From positions 1 through 64,000 of IMG/VR virus record IMGVR_UViG_3300024255_000006: 64,000 nt of DNA; one strand, given 5' to 3'. Of the stretch, positions 61,947 to 64,000 are shown in pieces. The number at the start of each line of letters is the position of its first letter. Positions within the stretch are counted from its first letter, which is position 1. The notes beneath the pieces were generated by a model. It was given only the letters and a program-made list of their open reading frames with translations, was not told where the DNA came from and made no database searches. This DNA is from a virus. The position numbers and the translations under genes were made by a program.

Positions 61947-62608
61947 ATCTAATTTGTAATCTCCCTGCCGAGAAAGTATGGGTTCGTAAGGAATATCTTA
62001 CTGATCATCAAAGTGGGCATGGAGAATTTGTTGAGGGCGTCTGGGTATCGGCAAAATCGATACCAGGGCGTGCTTTTTATTTTGAGACTTATCTCCCACA
62101 ATACGGGGCAATGTATGATAAGTTACCAATTAGTGCGTTTCTCCGAACGCCGAAAACTCCGACAATTGATATGGGACTGGAGAATCTGCAATTTTGGAAT
62201 TGCATGGACTATGGCGTCGTATGCATGAATAAGGGATTTGTGTCGAGCATGACTGCCGAAGTTAGAACTCGTAACTTTGGATACATGAAAGGTCAATATC
62301 TGTTAACATTGGATAACTACCATGCAAACATCGATGTTATAGATAACAACGTAAGTGAAACTCCTGCAGAGCACAAGTCTCACAACTGTATAGAATTAGA
62401 GAATGGTCAGTTTGGATTATATCCTAATAACAGGATGCGTCTATATGACCTCTCTATCACGCCTGAAGTACCTTTAACTCCAGATTTCAAGGTATCTACC
62501 ATAAAATACCAAGTTGAGAATACTGAGGGTTGGGGACGTTTAGGAGACACTGATGAATATTTCTGGGAAACACAACAGGAGAAAGAAAATGGGCAACAGC
62601 AGAGTTGA
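61943..62608 (+). CDS. Conserved cyanomyovirus hypothetical protein
   Basis: NLP..VWVRKEYL, GRAFYFE, HKSHN, YPNNR. Confidence 0.85.
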   Translation: MNLICNLPAEKVWVRKEYLTDHQSGHGEFVEGVWVSAKSIPGRAFYFETYLPQYGAMYDKLPISAFLRTPKTPTIDMGLENLQFWNCMDYGVVCMNKGFVSSMTAEVRTRNFGYMKGQYLLTLDNYHANIDVIDNNVSETPAEHKSHNCIELENGQFGLYPNNRMRLYDLSITPEVPLTPDFKVSTIKYQVENTEGWGRLGDTDEYFWETQQEKENGQQQS

Positions 62609-62792
62609 TAAAGGTCAAAACTTCATCGATGAGGGAAAGACTTTAATTACTGAGACTGACTCTGATCGGTATCTAGATCAAGCAGCACGTCAACGTAGAT
62701 CAAAGAAAAAAGAAGAACTCTATCCAATGCCTGAAGAACGTCGCAGCAGTGCTGGTGGATATGACGATTTTATAGAGCGTTGGACTGAGTGA
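62589..62792 (+). CDS. Hypothetical protein
   Basis: MGNSRVDKG..LITETDSD.YL; ATG 62589. Confidence 0.65.
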   Translation: MGNSRVDKGQNFIDEGKTLITETDSDRYLDQAARQRRSKKKEELYPMPEERRSSAGGYDDFIERWTE

Positions 62793-62822
62793 CTAAATAA
62801 AAAGACGGTCATATAGTGTGTA

Positions 62823-63218
62823 GTGCCTACAGTAAACCCATTTAAGGATTTATCATTATCTTTTGGAAGAAATAAGGTTACAGATGACCTTCTTCTGAAG
62901 AAAGATGATGCTGCTGTAAAACAGGCAGTGCAAAACATTATTTTGACGAATAAAGGAGAACGTCTATATGATGATCAGTATGGATCTAACGTTAGATCTT
63001 ACTTGTTTGAACCATTAGACTTAGCGACATCCAGTTCAATCTCTGATGAAATCAGGGGTGCATTAAGCAGGTATGAGCCAAGAATTATAATTACTCAGCT
63101 GTTAGTAGAACCAGATTTTGCTAACAATGGGTTTGAAGTTATTTTGGAATTTGTGATTCAAGGACGTTCCGATATCCCACCACGTTCCATTGAGTTCTTT
63201 CTCAACCGTACTCGATAA
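62823..63218 (+). CDS. gp25: Baseplate wedge subunit gp25
   Basis: FKDLSLSF, AVKQAVQNIILT.KGER, YGS, YEPRI; CTAAATA at 62793. Confidence 0.93.
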   Translation: MPTVNPFKDLSLSFGRNKVTDDLLLKKDDAAVKQAVQNIILTNKGERLYDDQYGSNVRSYLFEPLDLATSSSISDEIRGALSRYEPRIIITQLLVEPDFANNGFEVILEFVIQGRSDIPPRSIEFFLNRTR

Positions 63219-64000
63219 TGCCTTATACTCAAGTAGCAAATTTAGACTTTGCAGACATTAAAACGTCCCTGATTGATTACATGAGGGGGAACTCGGATTT
63301 CACTGACTATGATTTCCAAGGATCTGCAATATCTACATTATTAGATGTGTTAGCATATAACACGTACTATACAGCATTCAACACTAACATGGTGGTGAAT
63401 GAACTGTTCTTAGATTCTGCTACGTTAAGAGATAACGTTATCTCCCTAGCAAAGCAAATTGGATATCGTCCTAGATCCTCAACTGCACCAAAAGCAACAG
63501 TCAACTTTCAAGTTAACTACACTGGATCAGGAACAGCACCTGATGGTGTGAAATTAAAGAAAGGAACTGGATTTCTAACTAACTTTGACGATACCCTCTA
63601 TCAATTCGTCACTATCGATGACCAGGAGTCACCTCTAAACGGTGGTATTGCTGACTTTGGTGATATTGATGTCTATGAAGGAACATTAATCACACAGTCG
63701 TTTACGATCAACACAGGACTTAAGAACCAAAGATTCATTTTACAAAATAGTGGATTAGATACATCATCAATTCGTGTAAGAGTATACCCACAAGAGAACG
63801 ACACCACCTACGTCACATACAACGCAGCAGATAACATTCTAGATCTCAACGGTTCATCTCAAGTCTTCTTTGTTGAGGAGATTGAAGATGAGCAGTATGA
63901 GGTCTTTTTTGGTGATGGAGTATATGGTAAGAAACTTACTAATGGTAACTTCATTGAGGTTTCATATCTGGTAACGTCAGCAGCTGCTACAAATGGCGCT
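63218..64000 (+). CDS. gp6: Baseplate wedge gp6, 5' part (runs off the window)
   Basis: LDFADIK, FTDYDFQGS, LLDVLAYNTYY, FLDSATLR.NVISLAK.IGY.P. Confidence 0.95.
   Translation, partial: MPYTQVANLDFADIKTSLIDYMRGNSDFTDYDFQGSAISTLLDVLAYNTYYTAFNTNMVVNELFLDSATLRDNVISLAKQIGYRPRSSTAPKATVNFQVNYTGSGTAPDGVKLKKGTGFLTNFDDTLYQFVTIDDQESPLNGGIADFGDIDVYEGTLITQSFTINTGLKNQRFILQNSGLDTSSIRVRVYPQENDTTYVTYNAADNILDLNGSSQVFFVEEIEDEQYEVFFGDGVYGKKLTNGNFIEVSYLVTSAAATNGA

Overview
64 kb segment of a T4-like marine cyanomyovirus (Synechococcus/Prochlorococcus phage), judged from photosystem AMGs next to T4-family core genes. Order: psbA 3' end and psbD; a small-gene block with a candidate nitrogen-responsive module (NtcA-like box, sigma70 promoter, two glutamine-riboswitch-like folds, YRG/DUF4278-like peptide); thyX, phoH, exonuclease, gp33, gp32; baseplate and head genes (gp53, 48, 2, 4, 54-like, 26, 51, tape-measure-like M23 protein, hub, CP12, split gp5); a small outer-membrane-like protein; cpeT; a circularly permuted two-piece tmRNA plus three tRNAs; a 3267-aa virion protein and three tail-collar proteins; a cluster of 2OG-Fe(II) oxygenases; a roughly 15 kb early-type region of small promoter-plus-ORF cassettes; then PAAR, gp25 and the start of gp6. 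Strongest leads: (1) a canonical-looking -1 frameshift signal joining gp26 to a gp51 frame that lacks a start codon for its N-terminal part, just upstream of the tape-measure-like gene; (2) a 54-aa ORF nested inside a riboswitch-like fold upstream of a GifB-like peptide; (3) a positionally fixed palindromic motif and apparent leaderless starts in early promoters; (4) an unannotated EF-hand microprotein. All family assignments come from motif recognition by eye; no database searches were run.
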